A DNA stretch of 37,572 nt from a virus (taxonomy: Duplodnaviria; Heunggongvirae; Uroviricota; Caudoviricetes), in the IMG/VR virus record IMGVR_UViG_3300028887_000087. One strand, written 5' to 3'. Both the position numbers and the translations under genes were made by a program. Below the pieces are notes generated by a model. That model had not been told where the DNA came from. It did no database searches and saw only the letters and a list, made by a program, of their open reading frames with translations. Below, piece by piece: positions 15,912 through 25,789 of the stretch. Numbering within the stretch: position 1 is the stretch's first letter; the number at the start of each line of letters is the position of its first letter.

Positions 15912-18491
15912 ATGAATACTTTCTATGGTGTTTGGTCGCCTGCTTTAGGTGTCTTACCTTCAGTTACAGATTTAGATTTTGCCGCATATTACATAACAGA
16001 AAGTGGAGCGCTTAACGGTACCCAATATACAAAAGATAAATGGCTTGTTTACATTTGCGAGTCAAGAGGTACTCTTTCAGAACGCTCTTATTGGCGTATC
16101 ACTGATGGTATAGTTTGCTTTAATCCTGATAGACATACAAACGTCCCAGACGCAGGTTGGTATACAAAAGTTCGACTTGATAACGCAGGAAATATTGTTG
16201 CAGGAGGCGACATTGAATATGATGATTTGCCTCAAGAAGTTTATCAAAAACTCGAAGCAATAACTGACGACAATCTTAATAAGCTGATTGCTAAACAGCT
16301 CAGCACAATCTTTACAAATAATACACTCAACCCAATTCAATTTAAGTTTGACCAAGCTACAGGAAAAATTTCTGCAAACTTAAAACTTGACGAAGAAACA
16401 ATTGGCATCAATGAGTTTGGACAACTTTGCGCTGTAGGTCTTCCTGAAGGCGCGGAAGTTGGTGGCGGTTCAACAACACCTATCGTAAATGTTGATTTGT
16501 CTGCTGTCACATCAGAGATTACACAATTAAAGAACAGACTTAATAGTGTTGAAGAATCCCTTGTAAAGATTAAGCCACTCCCAGGTGACGGTATCAAAGT
16601 TGAAGTCACAAGAGGCGGTACAGTAATTTCAGTTGATATTGATGAAGATTCTTTGTCTTTCGACAGAGAAGGTCGTTTGTGTGTAAACCCAGACATTCTT
16701 ACTGATTACTTAAACGAAGGTGGTGGAGATTGTGCAAATCACCAACATACTGCAGACCAAATCAAAGACCTTGAACAATATATAAAGAACATAATCAATA
16801 ACGTATCTCTTTATCAAACTTTGGTTCAGAACTTAAGCAATCTCGTTGATGAAGAAACAATCATTATAAATAACAACGGCCAACTTGAAGCGATTGCAAC
16901 TCACGTCCAAAAACATCAACATAAGATGGACGACATCACTGACCTTAATCAGGACATTGCGAACGTTTGGGCAACTAATCAAAGACTTCATAAGAGCAAC
17001 GAAAATCAAGACTTTAATAGCGGCGCGGTTATGATGTCGTCATTGACAGTAGGTGAAGTACTTATTGCTTTCAACCAACTCTTAAAAGACTATAAAGATG
17101 CAATTGACAACATAGACGACAGAGTTGGAACAATCGAGCCTACAGAGCCTGAATGTCTTGACTTAATTGATATTAAAAACAAAGCAGAAGAGATTGAAGT
17201 TCTTGATGTAAACACATTGAAAAATACTTGGGCTGCAAATAAAATCTTTGTAGGTACTGACGGTATCATTTTCTATAATGGCTGCCGTGTTGAAGCTTAC
17301 ATTGATGATGTTCTTGTTGAAACATTGAATTGTTATGACGATGAGAATACAACTTTTGCAGAAGGCAGAAGAGGTAAGTTTAACATAACTTATTATGGTG
17401 AAGCTTATCCTAAATTCAAATCATTTCACGGTTATTATAAAGGCTTCTCTTTCGATTATGAAACTGAAATTGAAGAAGGTACTCACAAAGTTTATTTTAT
17501 TCAAAGAAGTGTAAATGACCCAGATATTTTCTGGAAATCAAATACAGTTTATGTAAATGTTTACAATGACTTTGAGCCTTCAGGAAGAATTGAGATTGTA
17601 AAGCAGCCTACTTATAACAATTATGTCTCAGGCGTTAAAGCATCTAATGGTGATATTGATATTTCATTCAGACTTATCGTTAAGAACTTCAAAAATCAAT
17701 ATGCGCCTATTGACCCAATCAATGTTGATGTGGGTTATATAATTCCTTGTAAGGCTGAAGAGTATAGCGGCAATCAACTTGTTTATGAATTAAAAGAAAT
17801 CTCTTTAGACGATTACTTTGGTAAGATTAAGTTTACTGCTGAGGTTAAAAGTCTTACAAGAAGTACAACAATCGAACAAGAAACTGACTTTATAAATATT
17901 GATTACTCAGACGAAGAAGAATACCGTTATGTAGGTCTTTCTCCTTATGCTCCTGAGAATGGAGTTATTGAAGCAGTTCAAAAATATGTACCTACTGATG
18001 TGCTTCCTTTTGATGAGGCACAGGTAAAAGATCATAGTGCAATTGTAGGTAAAACTGATTATACACAATTCGGTATTGGACCTGATTACAGCGATAAGCC
18101 TGCAACACAAGTAATAACTTTAAGATTCCCTTGTCCTAGAATGAACAACTTTTATATGGACATTGTTGATGATGAAGACCAACCTTATCCTGTAAACAAA
18201 AATGGAACATTAAAAGGTATTGAAATTTATGCATCAGTTGCTCCTTCAAATGTTCTTACTCGTTGGGTAAATTGTAATGTACCTTATGCAGGTTTCGGAC
18301 ATTGGGAAAACAGAGATAACTTCAGCGGTCTTGACTTATTCAGAAGTACACAAGAAAGAAGATGGGTGACTTTCGGTAAAGACCCAATTGTTGATGAAGG
18401 TTATTTATACATAAAATTATTGATAAGCAAGCCTGTTAATTTAAGAGCTCTTGTCAAGTCGATAGAGGAGTCAATCAATGAGCGTAGATAA
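15912..18491 (+). CDS. Large putative virion structural protein (tail/baseplate/fibre)
   Basis: 859 aa. HQHTADQIKDL and HQHKMDDITDL are phage-tail-type repeats. The C-terminus is paralogous to that of the next gene. ACTAATT motif upstream. Confidence 0.6.
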   Translation: MNTFYGVWSPALGVLPSVTDLDFAAYYITESGALNGTQYTKDKWLVYICESRGTLSERSYWRITDGIVCFNPDRHTNVPDAGWYTKVRLDNAGNIVAGGDIEYDDLPQEVYQKLEAITDDNLNKLIAKQLSTIFTNNTLNPIQFKFDQATGKISANLKLDEETIGINEFGQLCAVGLPEGAEVGGGSTTPIVNVDLSAVTSEITQLKNRLNSVEESLVKIKPLPGDGIKVEVTRGGTVISVDIDEDSLSFDREGRLCVNPDILTDYLNEGGGDCANHQHTADQIKDLEQYIKNIINNVSLYQTLVQNLSNLVDEETIIINNNGQLEAIATHVQKHQHKMDDITDLNQDIANVWATNQRLHKSNENQDFNSGAVMMSSLTVGEVLIAFNQLLKDYKDAIDNIDDRVGTIEPTEPECLDLIDIKNKAEEIEVLDVNTLKNTWAANKIFVGTDGIIFYNGCRVEAYIDDVLVETLNCYDDENTTFAEGRRGKFNITYYGEAYPKFKSFHGYYKGFSFDYETEIEEGTHKVYFIQRSVNDPDIFWKSNTVYVNVYNDFEPSGRIEIVKQPTYNNYVSGVKASNGDIDISFRLIVKNFKNQYAPIDPINVDVGYIIPCKAEEYSGNQLVYELKEISLDDYFGKIKFTAEVKSLTRSTTIEQETDFINIDYSDEEEYRYVGLSPYAPENGVIEAVQKYVPTDVLPFDEAQVKDHSAIVGKTDYTQFGIGPDYSDKPATQVITLRFPCPRMNNFYMDIVDDEDQPYPVNKNGTLKGIEIYASVAPSNVLTRWVNCNVPYAGFGHWENRDNFSGLDLFRSTQERRWVTFGKDPIVDEGYLYIKLLISKPVNLRALVKSIEESINERR

Positions 18492-20544
18492 ATATACAAA
18501 ACATATTGCAGAAGCCTCATACAAGAATGTTATCAAGAACAAATCAAACACTGATAACAATCTTGCTTGGTTTGAGGAGCCTGAAACAGTATCACCTAAG
18601 GTTGATGCAAAATCAATATGGCTTGACTCTGAATTCATTCCTGCTTCTCCTGAAGGTCTTATTTGGCGCGGAGATTTGTATTATGCAACAATCGGCGGAA
18701 GTTCAGTCCCAGTTGTTGAAAAATTTACACATATCAAAGTTGACAAAGTAAATGACCGCGCCGTTTTCTTTTCAGAAAAACTTATTGATGTTATTCAGAA
18801 CGAAGAATGGCATTTGACAATTGAAGACGCAAACGGCGACGTAATTCCTTTCGGTCTCAAAAAGTGGACAATTGATATAGGTGTAGGCTATCTTTCATTC
18901 ACAGATGGTATGCCTGAATATGATATGCCATTCTATATCACAGGCTATCGTTATTGCGGACGCAAGCTTCCTGAGCATATGATTACGACAGATGGTCGTC
19001 AGGAAATGTTGCCCGATTATACACCTGAGAAAGATCAGCAAGTTGCAACAAAAGCTTATGTTGACCAAGAGCTTATTAAAATTGGTGTTGATGTAAACAA
19101 GATGTTGCCTCCTGAGCCTGATACATTTGATAGTAAGGACTTGACATTTATTTGTGATAAAGAGTTTGATGCAACAGATATAAAAACAAACGAACACTTC
19201 GACCACATTATTCTTGACGATTACGAGTTTACAATTGATGTCCCAGAATTTTATAACCCTGGGTATGGTACTGTAAAATTGCTTGTAAGTATCAACGGCG
19301 TTTGGCAGGAAGTAGGAAGAATTGAATTAGACTTGAATAACCCAGTTGCTCAGAACTTGACAATCGACTATGCAGGAGAAGCATATCCTGACTCTTTGTC
19401 AGCAAGAGGATTCTTCAAAAAGATTAAGTGTCATTTTACATCTTCATTAAGAGAAATGTCGGGCGTTATATCTTCCCACGTTTATCCTATGATATTCAAA
19501 GTGTCATACACTTACAATTCAACAATCTTCTTCTCTAATGAATTGATTGTATGTGAAGAGTTGCAACAAGATAAAGATACTTTATTAAATGAAAGAATTG
19601 TTTTATCAACAAGACCAGCAACATTCGGGTACAGATATGTTTCAGGTATTTTAACACCAAGAACAGGCGATATTATTACAGCATCACATCTTAATTATAG
19701 AACATTAAAGAAGTTTACAAAAGGAACTCATATTTCAAAGATGTCTGCTTTCGGAATTGATTATGAAAGATTCCCAGAACTTACTTATGATGCTTACAAC
19801 CCACCTCTTGAAATAAAAGAAGACTTGGTTATCCCAGAAGGTATTTATCAAGAAGTCACAACAATTGATGCAGAGACTTACAACATTTTTGGTGATGTAA
19901 ACGGTGAACACCACGCTGATTATAATTTCCGCATTGATACAATCTCTGATGAAAGTCGTCGTGTTTATTCAGGCGAAGTTCAGGACCAAATGATTGTAAA
20001 TAGTTGCGGCGAATGGGACCCACAAACAGACTTAAGAGAATACAATGAATTGCAAATGCTCGCAGGTAAGTATCAGTGGCCTGAGCTTGACTTCTCAATC
20101 AACGGAACTGGGTATATTACTTCGGGTGTGTTCTCTGATGTATCTTGGATAAAGACAGGTCTTAATTATAGCGAATGTCCTAAAATGGGAAAGCGTTATG
20201 TGACTTTGAAATATGATATGAAAATTGCAAACGGTATTTTCATCAACTTCGAAGATGCTGAAGGTATTACACAAGACAAAGACACAAAAGCTTTCAATGT
20301 TGACTCAATGTATATTAAAGTTTTAGGTGCAACTGATTGGCTTGATGCGAAAGAGCCTTATGACGGCATTGGTATCAATGACAAATGGATGCAAGGTTGT
20401 CTTGCAGTTCAGGACTCAAAAGAAGGTAAGATTTATTGTACTTTCGGACCAAAACCTATTGAAGGCATTTTATATATTCGTATCGGCGTAAGATATGACC
20501 AACATATCAAATTCCGTGACGTCACTATCAAAGAGAATATTTAA
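18478..20544 (+). CDS. Large putative virion structural protein
   Basis: 688 aa. ATKAYVDQE fibre-type motif. C-terminal WLDAKEPYDG...IYCTFG...ILYIRIG matches the previous gene. Confidence 0.6.
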   Translation: MSVDKYTKHIAEASYKNVIKNKSNTDNNLAWFEEPETVSPKVDAKSIWLDSEFIPASPEGLIWRGDLYYATIGGSSVPVVEKFTHIKVDKVNDRAVFFSEKLIDVIQNEEWHLTIEDANGDVIPFGLKKWTIDIGVGYLSFTDGMPEYDMPFYITGYRYCGRKLPEHMITTDGRQEMLPDYTPEKDQQVATKAYVDQELIKIGVDVNKMLPPEPDTFDSKDLTFICDKEFDATDIKTNEHFDHIILDDYEFTIDVPEFYNPGYGTVKLLVSINGVWQEVGRIELDLNNPVAQNLTIDYAGEAYPDSLSARGFFKKIKCHFTSSLREMSGVISSHVYPMIFKVSYTYNSTIFFSNELIVCEELQQDKDTLLNERIVLSTRPATFGYRYVSGILTPRTGDIITASHLNYRTLKKFTKGTHISKMSAFGIDYERFPELTYDAYNPPLEIKEDLVIPEGIYQEVTTIDAETYNIFGDVNGEHHADYNFRIDTISDESRRVYSGEVQDQMIVNSCGEWDPQTDLREYNELQMLAGKYQWPELDFSINGTGYITSGVFSDVSWIKTGLNYSECPKMGKRYVTLKYDMKIANGIFINFEDAEGITQDKDTKAFNVDSMYIKVLGATDWLDAKEPYDGIGINDKWMQGCLAVQDSKEGKIYCTFGPKPIEGILYIRIGVRYDQHIKFRDVTIKENI

Positions 20545-20565
20545 TGTTTAAACTAATTTGATAGG

Positions 20566-21444
20566 ATGTATATAAATAAAGATTGCTTTGAGGTTATGGC
20601 ATCCCTTGAGGATGCCTCTATTGATTTAATAGTGTGTGATCCGCCTTACGGGATTTCGTTTGATGGTTCAAATCATATGCAAAACTCTGACTGGGATAAA
20701 ATGTCTGATGAAGAGTACGAGGGTTTCCTAGACAAATTCCTGGCGGAATGCAAAAGAGTGTTGAAGCCTACGGGTTCAATGTGGATGTTTTACGGCATAA
20801 CAAAAATTGAAACAGTTATAAAATGTGTTAACCGCAGCGGCTTATTCAATCATTGGGAAAATGCGATGGTTTATTGTCGACCTAAAGGAAGAGGAGCAAC
20901 ACATAAACTTAAGTCACAACGCGAAGAGATTATGCATTTGACAAAAGACCCAACAAAATATACTTGGAATGCAGTTGAATATTTGCGAGAAGTTATTGTT
21001 CCTTATGTAAAGGATGGTAAGCCAAGAGGTTGGGCGCTCGACCAATCGACAGGAATGAGAGTAAGATGGACAGGACTTGGTAATGTTTCATTCTTTACTC
21101 CGCCTGCATATAATAATGTCGGTGAAAAACAAATACACAGCTGCCAAAAGCCTGTCTTATTGTTTACTGAATTGATTATGGTTTCGTCTCTTAAAGGACA
21201 AACAGTTCTTGACCCGTTTATGGGTTCAGGTTCTTCAGGAATTGCTGCGTATCTTTGTGACCGCAATTACATTGGAGTCGAACTTGAAAAAGATATGTTT
21301 GAAAAAGCTGAACAGTGGCGAAAGGAAGCTGAAGGCAACACAAGGTGCCATCAGTTCCTAATGGAATATATCAAGAAACACGCAAGCTCATCAGAAAAAG
21401 GATTCCGTTTTGGCTGGGATTCAAGATTGATATTGCCTAAGTAA
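20566..21444 (+). CDS. DNA methyltransferase, N6-adenine/N4-cytosine, beta class
   Basis: Catalytic DPPY near the N-terminus, HSCQKP, and SAM-binding VLDPFMGSGSSG near the C-terminus. No cognate nuclease nearby. Confidence 0.92.
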   Translation: MYINKDCFEVMASLEDASIDLIVCDPPYGISFDGSNHMQNSDWDKMSDEEYEGFLDKFLAECKRVLKPTGSMWMFYGITKIETVIKCVNRSGLFNHWENAMVYCRPKGRGATHKLKSQREEIMHLTKDPTKYTWNAVEYLREVIVPYVKDGKPRGWALDQSTGMRVRWTGLGNVSFFTPPAYNNVGEKQIHSCQKPVLLFTELIMVSSLKGQTVLDPFMGSGSSGIAAYLCDRNYIGVELEKDMFEKAEQWRKEAEGNTRCHQFLMEYIKKHASSSEKGFRFGWDSRLILPK

Positions 21445-21906
21445 TTATTTTTTCCACCACCAAACGTAATGAGGTTTGTCCTCACCGTAGATTTTGAATC
21501 TTAAGTAGTCGTCAACTAAAATGCAAATGGCTGCAAGTACAACCCAAGCTGCAAAAAATTGAGGACATATTTGACCTAAGATATTCCCTGGGATATTTGA
21601 ATAGTCCCAAACGATAGGTCTTCCGAGTGCAGGACAAGCCCATTTATTTACAATCAACCCAGTCACAAATTCAAGTGAAACAATTATGAATCCGCCAATA
21701 ATTGATTGCAACCAAAAAGGCATTTCCCAAGTCAACTTCTTATTAAGGCCGCCGACCAGTAATAATGAAAGACCGCCAAGTACTCCCATCAAAAAGCATT
21801 CAACTCCCCCCATCCCTGGGCCGATTGTTTTCCAAATGCCTTCAATACATTGATAAAGAGTAAACCCTACACAAAAAATAATAAAGTTTTTCAAAAAGAT
21901 TTTCAT
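21445..21906 (-). CDS. CmpB/TMEM229-like (putative ABC-transporter permease-type) membrane protein
   Basis: Four hydrophobic segments plus LEFVTGLIVN...WDYSNIPGNILGQICPQF. Confidence 0.7.
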   Translation of the reverse strand: MKIFLKNFIIFCVGFTLYQCIEGIWKTIGPGMGGVECFLMGVLGGLSLLLVGGLNKKLTWEMPFWLQSIIGGFIIVSLEFVTGLIVNKWACPALGRPIVWDYSNIPGNILGQICPQFFAAWVVLAAICILVDDYLRFKIYGEDKPHYVWWWKK

Positions 21907-22005
21907 ACAAATTTAGCAAATAAATTTACCTCTTAATCTCCTTATTATTCCCTCCATTATAGTTCAAAAATTCGCCTTGAAATAAATTTATGTTAATTTA
22001 ATTAT

Positions 22006-22560
22006 ATGAAAAACACAATCATTATAAATCTTTTTGGTGGCCCAGGGACAGGAAAGTCAACAGGAGCAGCTTATATATTTTCACAGTTGAAGCTTGCAGG
22101 AATTGACTGTGAATATGTTTCTGAGTTTGCAAAAGACAAAGTTTGGGAAGACAACTCCGAAGTATTCAAAAATCAGTTTTATGTCACAGGTAAGCAGGCA
22201 TTCAAAATCAGCCGCTGTTTTGGCAAAGTTGATGTAATTATTACCGACTCACCAATTTTGCTCGGAGCTTTGTATGCGCCTGATGCTTCTCCTAAATTGA
22301 AAGAAGCAATTATGGAAGAGTTTGACAAATATGGTGACTCGAATGTAAATATCTTCTTAAAGAGAATTAAGCCTTACAATGCAAATGGCCGTTTCCAAAC
22401 AGAAGACGAAGCAAAAGATGTTGATGTAAATATCAAAAAGTTCCTTGATGACCGCCGTTATGAATATGATGTTTATGACGGAACAAAAGACGGGTACGAA
22501 GAGATTGTAGGTCGTATCATCGGTTCACAGGGTATTCAAGAGGCACTTGTAAATGCTTAA
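22006..22560 (+). CDS. NadR/AAA_28-like P-loop kinase (possible nucleotide kinase)
   Basis: IINLFGGPGTGKST, VSEFAK, VIITDSPI, GRFQTEDEA. Confidence 0.75.
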   Translation: MKNTIIINLFGGPGTGKSTGAAYIFSQLKLAGIDCEYVSEFAKDKVWEDNSEVFKNQFYVTGKQAFKISRCFGKVDVIITDSPILLGALYAPDASPKLKEAIMEEFDKYGDSNVNIFLKRIKPYNANGRFQTEDEAKDVDVNIKKFLDDRRYEYDVYDGTKDGYEEIVGRIIGSQGIQEALVNA

Positions 22561-22765
22561 GCCAGAAGAAATTTCAAAAGCGTGGACAAACTTCAAACAG
22601 ATGGACGGAAATGAAGATTATCCAACTTTATTTAAGTTCACTGTTTTGGGTTCAACATATTACGCTGCACAGGATAAAAAAGGCAAGTTTTGGACAAGAA
22701 AGTCGCTTGCTGGACTTGCAGGACTTGTTAATATAAAAACAACAAAACTTAAAGATATAAAATAG
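22553..22765 (+). CDS. Hypothetical protein
   Basis: 70 aa, overlapping the upstream stop. Confidence 0.55.
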   Translation: MLKPEEISKAWTNFKQMDGNEDYPTLFKFTVLGSTYYAAQDKKGKFWTRKSLAGLAGLVNIKTTKLKDIK

Positions 22766-22775
22766 GAGACATTCA

Positions 22776-23450
22776 ATGGTGGAGAAAAATCTCTATGTCA
22801 CTTATGCAGATGGAACTGAAGAGCTTTTGGGAAATCAGTCGATTAAAGATAACCCAGTTGCCTTCACTTATCAGGTAAAGTCAGACTTTCCAGTCGACTT
22901 TCAAAATCCCTTCTTAATCAATATTTCAAAAGATTACCCAGAAGCAGCAATTACTTGTGTTCATCTTAATGAACAGGGTATTCAGCAGGCTTCTTTCGAT
23001 TGGCGAATTAAGAAAGCTTTTATTGATACAACACAATCTTTGAAAGCTATGTCACATTGTACTCGCCTTAAGGTATGTTGTCTTATTGTAAAAAATAACC
23101 GTATAATTTCAACGGGTGTAAATGGTACGCCTAAAGGTTTCAAGAATTGTGATGAAGTATTCACAGTAAAAGATCGTCTTACAAAAGATTATAGTACAAG
23201 ACATCATCAGTTCTCTGAAGCTTATGAAGTTCACGCCGAGATGAATGCTGTACTTGAACTTGGCCGCAACACATCAATCGACAGTTATGAAAATTTGGAA
23301 CTTTATTGTTCAACTTGTCCTTGCCCAGGGTGCGCAAAGATGATTGCACAATCAGGTATAAAGAAAGTTTTTTACGCCGAAGCTTATGACCGAATGCCAG
23401 ACGGTGCAAAGAACTTGCAGGATTTCGGTATTGAGGTTTACAAAATTTAA
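22776..23450 (+). CDS. dCMP deaminase with an N-terminal extension
   Basis: CTRLKVCCLIVKNNRIISTGVNGTPKG, HAEMNA and PCPGCAKMI (zinc-binding HxE and PCxxC). Confidence 0.9.
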   Translation: MVEKNLYVTYADGTEELLGNQSIKDNPVAFTYQVKSDFPVDFQNPFLINISKDYPEAAITCVHLNEQGIQQASFDWRIKKAFIDTTQSLKAMSHCTRLKVCCLIVKNNRIISTGVNGTPKGFKNCDEVFTVKDRLTKDYSTRHHQFSEAYEVHAEMNAVLELGRNTSIDSYENLELYCSTCPCPGCAKMIAQSGIKKVFYAEAYDRMPDGAKNLQDFGIEVYKI

Positions 23451-23558
23451 TATTCCACTAATTATGCAACAGCACAAAGTGTTAATATTATTTAAGTAAA
23501 TAACCTCAATGAGGTTTAAAATAAATTAAGAGCTCAAAGAGCTATAGGAGAAAAACAA

Positions 23559-25055
23559 ATGAGTGATGAAGTAGTGTACTCAAGAGCATCATCAGAAGAC
23601 GATGACGCATTCAATGAATGGCTTAGCAGCGAAGAAAAGAAAGCCGCTGATAAGAAAGCTGCAAAAGAAGCTGCTGAAAATTACAGCAACGATTATGATG
23701 ACATCAAGTATGTCGGCCTTTCAAAGGAACATCCAACAATCGTTCGTTTCGTAGGAAACTTCGTTGAGGAAGATCCTCTCGCCCACCGCAAAAATCCAAC
23801 AGATATGAAGTTTATGCACATCTCAAAAATCAAAGGTGATGACAATAAACCTTTCTATCTTTATCTCCCACTTCGTGGTGACGACCCAGAGCAGGACCAT
23901 TTGATTTGGCGTATCGTTGATAAGGTTCTTGAGAAAGAATGGATTAAGGACCCTAAGACAGGAAAGAAGAAGGGCGTTGAAATCCACGCAGAAGACCAGC
24001 CTGAAATCTATGAAATGATTAAGAAGGGTGGTTATACTCCTGCAGATGGTGAATGGCCTTACAAGTGTGCTCGTGGTTGGAAAGCTCCTGAGATGTTGCT
24101 TATCAACTGTATTGACCGCCGCGACGATTGGTGTAAAACAAACAAACACACAAAGCTTCTTTCAAAGTCGGTAAAGCCGGGAGTGACAAAAGACGGTAAG
24201 CCAACAGAGTTCTGTGAAAAGGGTGTACCTGCTTACGGTTTCTTCGGCCCACTTACACAGCTTCGTAAGAACTTCAAGGTAGGTTGGGAACACTTCGATG
24301 TTGTTATCACAAGAACAGGTGACGGTACTGATACAGTAAACAACCTCTTCAATGGTACAGTGTCTGCAACACCTGAAGCAATCAAAGCCGGCTTCGATAA
24401 GTCAATGGGTATTGATGCATCGGAATATAAATACATTTCTTTTGAAAATGATTTGACTGATGAAGAGTTGTCATACCAGCGTTATGATCTCGACAAGAAC
24501 TTCCAGCCAACTTCTTATTACACAATCAAGAAGCACTTGTTCAAATCAATTCAGAAGATTGACCTTGCTTTCGACACAGACTATGCAAAGCAGTTGGAAA
24601 AACTTGTTGAAGAAGAGTCAGCAAAGTGGAAGGCTGAACATCCTAAGAAGAATGAAAAAGCTGAAGAGTCAACTGTTGCAGAATCTGCAAAGGTTGAAGT
24701 TGAAGCAACTGACATCCCAGTAGACAATCCTGCTGATGCTCCTTCTTTCGATAAGATGGAAACAGTACAGGAAAGTGCTCCTGCACAGGAAGCTGCTCCT
24801 GTAAGAAGAGTTGCAGCAACATCAGGTTTGAGCGCTGAAAAGATTGCAGTTCTTAAGGGATATGCTGAACTTACTGATGAAGAAAAATCTTACATCAAAG
24901 ATGTAGTACTTAAGGCTGACGGTTCACTTGACCACGTTGAATGGACTGACAATGCTCCTGCATTGCTCGATTGTCCTTCATCAGATGGCGGTTGTGGACA
25001 GCTTTCGCCAAACTCATTCAAGGTTTGCCCTTGCTGCGGAAAGCATTTTGCGTAA
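23559..25055 (+). CDS. Putative single-stranded DNA-binding protein (gp32-like) with a C-terminal zinc ribbon
   Basis: Highly-expressed codon style, TIVRFVG, LINCIDR, DVVITRTG, an acidic/Ala-rich tail and a final CPxxxGGCG...CPCCG. Assigned from weak motif similarity and context. Confidence 0.45.
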   Translation: MSDEVVYSRASSEDDDAFNEWLSSEEKKAADKKAAKEAAENYSNDYDDIKYVGLSKEHPTIVRFVGNFVEEDPLAHRKNPTDMKFMHISKIKGDDNKPFYLYLPLRGDDPEQDHLIWRIVDKVLEKEWIKDPKTGKKKGVEIHAEDQPEIYEMIKKGGYTPADGEWPYKCARGWKAPEMLLINCIDRRDDWCKTNKHTKLLSKSVKPGVTKDGKPTEFCEKGVPAYGFFGPLTQLRKNFKVGWEHFDVVITRTGDGTDTVNNLFNGTVSATPEAIKAGFDKSMGIDASEYKYISFENDLTDEELSYQRYDLDKNFQPTSYYTIKKHLFKSIQKIDLAFDTDYAKQLEKLVEEESAKWKAEHPKKNEKAEESTVAESAKVEVEATDIPVDNPADAPSFDKMETVQESAPAQEAAPVRRVAATSGLSAEKIAVLKGYAELTDEEKSYIKDVVLKADGSLDHVEWTDNAPALLDCPSSDGGCGQLSPNSFKVCPCCGKHFA

Positions 25056-25084
25056 TTTGATTACAAAATAATTTAAAAATATTG

Positions 25085-25117
25085 AGGACGGAATTAAACT
25101 TCCGTCCTTTTTCTTTT
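25085..25117 (+). terminator. Intrinsic terminator overlapping a class I promoter
   Basis: AGGACGGAA-TTAAAC-TTCCGTCCT followed by a T-rich tract. Confidence 0.75.
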
Positions 25118-25132
25118 ATATTATTATTGTAA
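25095..25132 (+). promoter_or_regulatory. Class I (early-type) promoter motif
   Basis: TAAACTT-N13-TTTATATTATTATTGTAA. Confidence 0.75.
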
Positions 25133-25153
25133 ATCGAAAACAAGGAGTAAATT

Positions 25154-25444
25154 ATGACAGGAAGAATGCTTAAGAAATATCTTGAAAATCGCAAAGAAGG
25201 TTATACTTATATTGACCCAAGATTCCCTAACATTCACATTGAGTTTGAGTTTTTGACTTCAGACGAATACGGAAGATATATCCCAGAAGAAAAGTGGGAA
25301 AAGTTTGATGCAATTGATATTTGCTTCGTAAACACAGGCGCAATTCTTCAGGTAAGAGTTTACAACGATGATGTTGATGCAGCTCTTAATAAAGTTGCTC
25401 GTGTCTTCAATAAGTTCAGCAAGACAGACGGAAATATACAGTAA
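25154..25444 (+). CDS. Hypothetical protein
   Basis: 96 aa, AAGGAG RBS, behind a class I promoter. Confidence 0.65.
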   Translation: MTGRMLKKYLENRKEGYTYIDPRFPNIHIEFEFLTSDEYGRYIPEEKWEKFDAIDICFVNTGAILQVRVYNDDVDAALNKVARVFNKFSKTDGNIQ

Positions 25445-25455
25445 GGAGTTAAGAT

Positions 25456-25773
25456 ATGATTTGTCCAAGAATTAAAAGCACATCGCTTACGTTCAGAATT
25501 GTTAATATGATTTATGTTCTCGGTCCACAAAACCGAGCCCAGATAAATGAAGAGATGGGTGTACAGCCTTACATAAAGATAAGAGATTGGAATTATTCAA
25601 AGGGAAAACCTGTTGACCGACGTCGTGTCAATGGACAGAATAATTGTCAGCTTGCCCATCTTAGAGCTCTCGGCGTTTTGCAGTACAGTGAAAAAACCCA
25701 TCTTTGGAGTTTGGGTCCTAGAGCAAAAGAGATGATGAAGCAGCATCCTGAATTATGGGGTGATATTGACTAA
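25456..25773 (+). CDS. Hypothetical protein, possible winged-helix DNA-binding
   Basis: 105 aa, AAGGAG RBS. LGPQNRAQINEEMG...LAHLRALGVL...WSLG pattern. Confidence 0.55.
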   Translation: MICPRIKSTSLTFRIVNMIYVLGPQNRAQINEEMGVQPYIKIRDWNYSKGKPVDRRRVNGQNNCQLAHLRALGVLQYSEKTHLWSLGPRAKEMMKQHPELWGDID

Positions 25774-25789
25774 CTAAAAGGAGTCAAAT

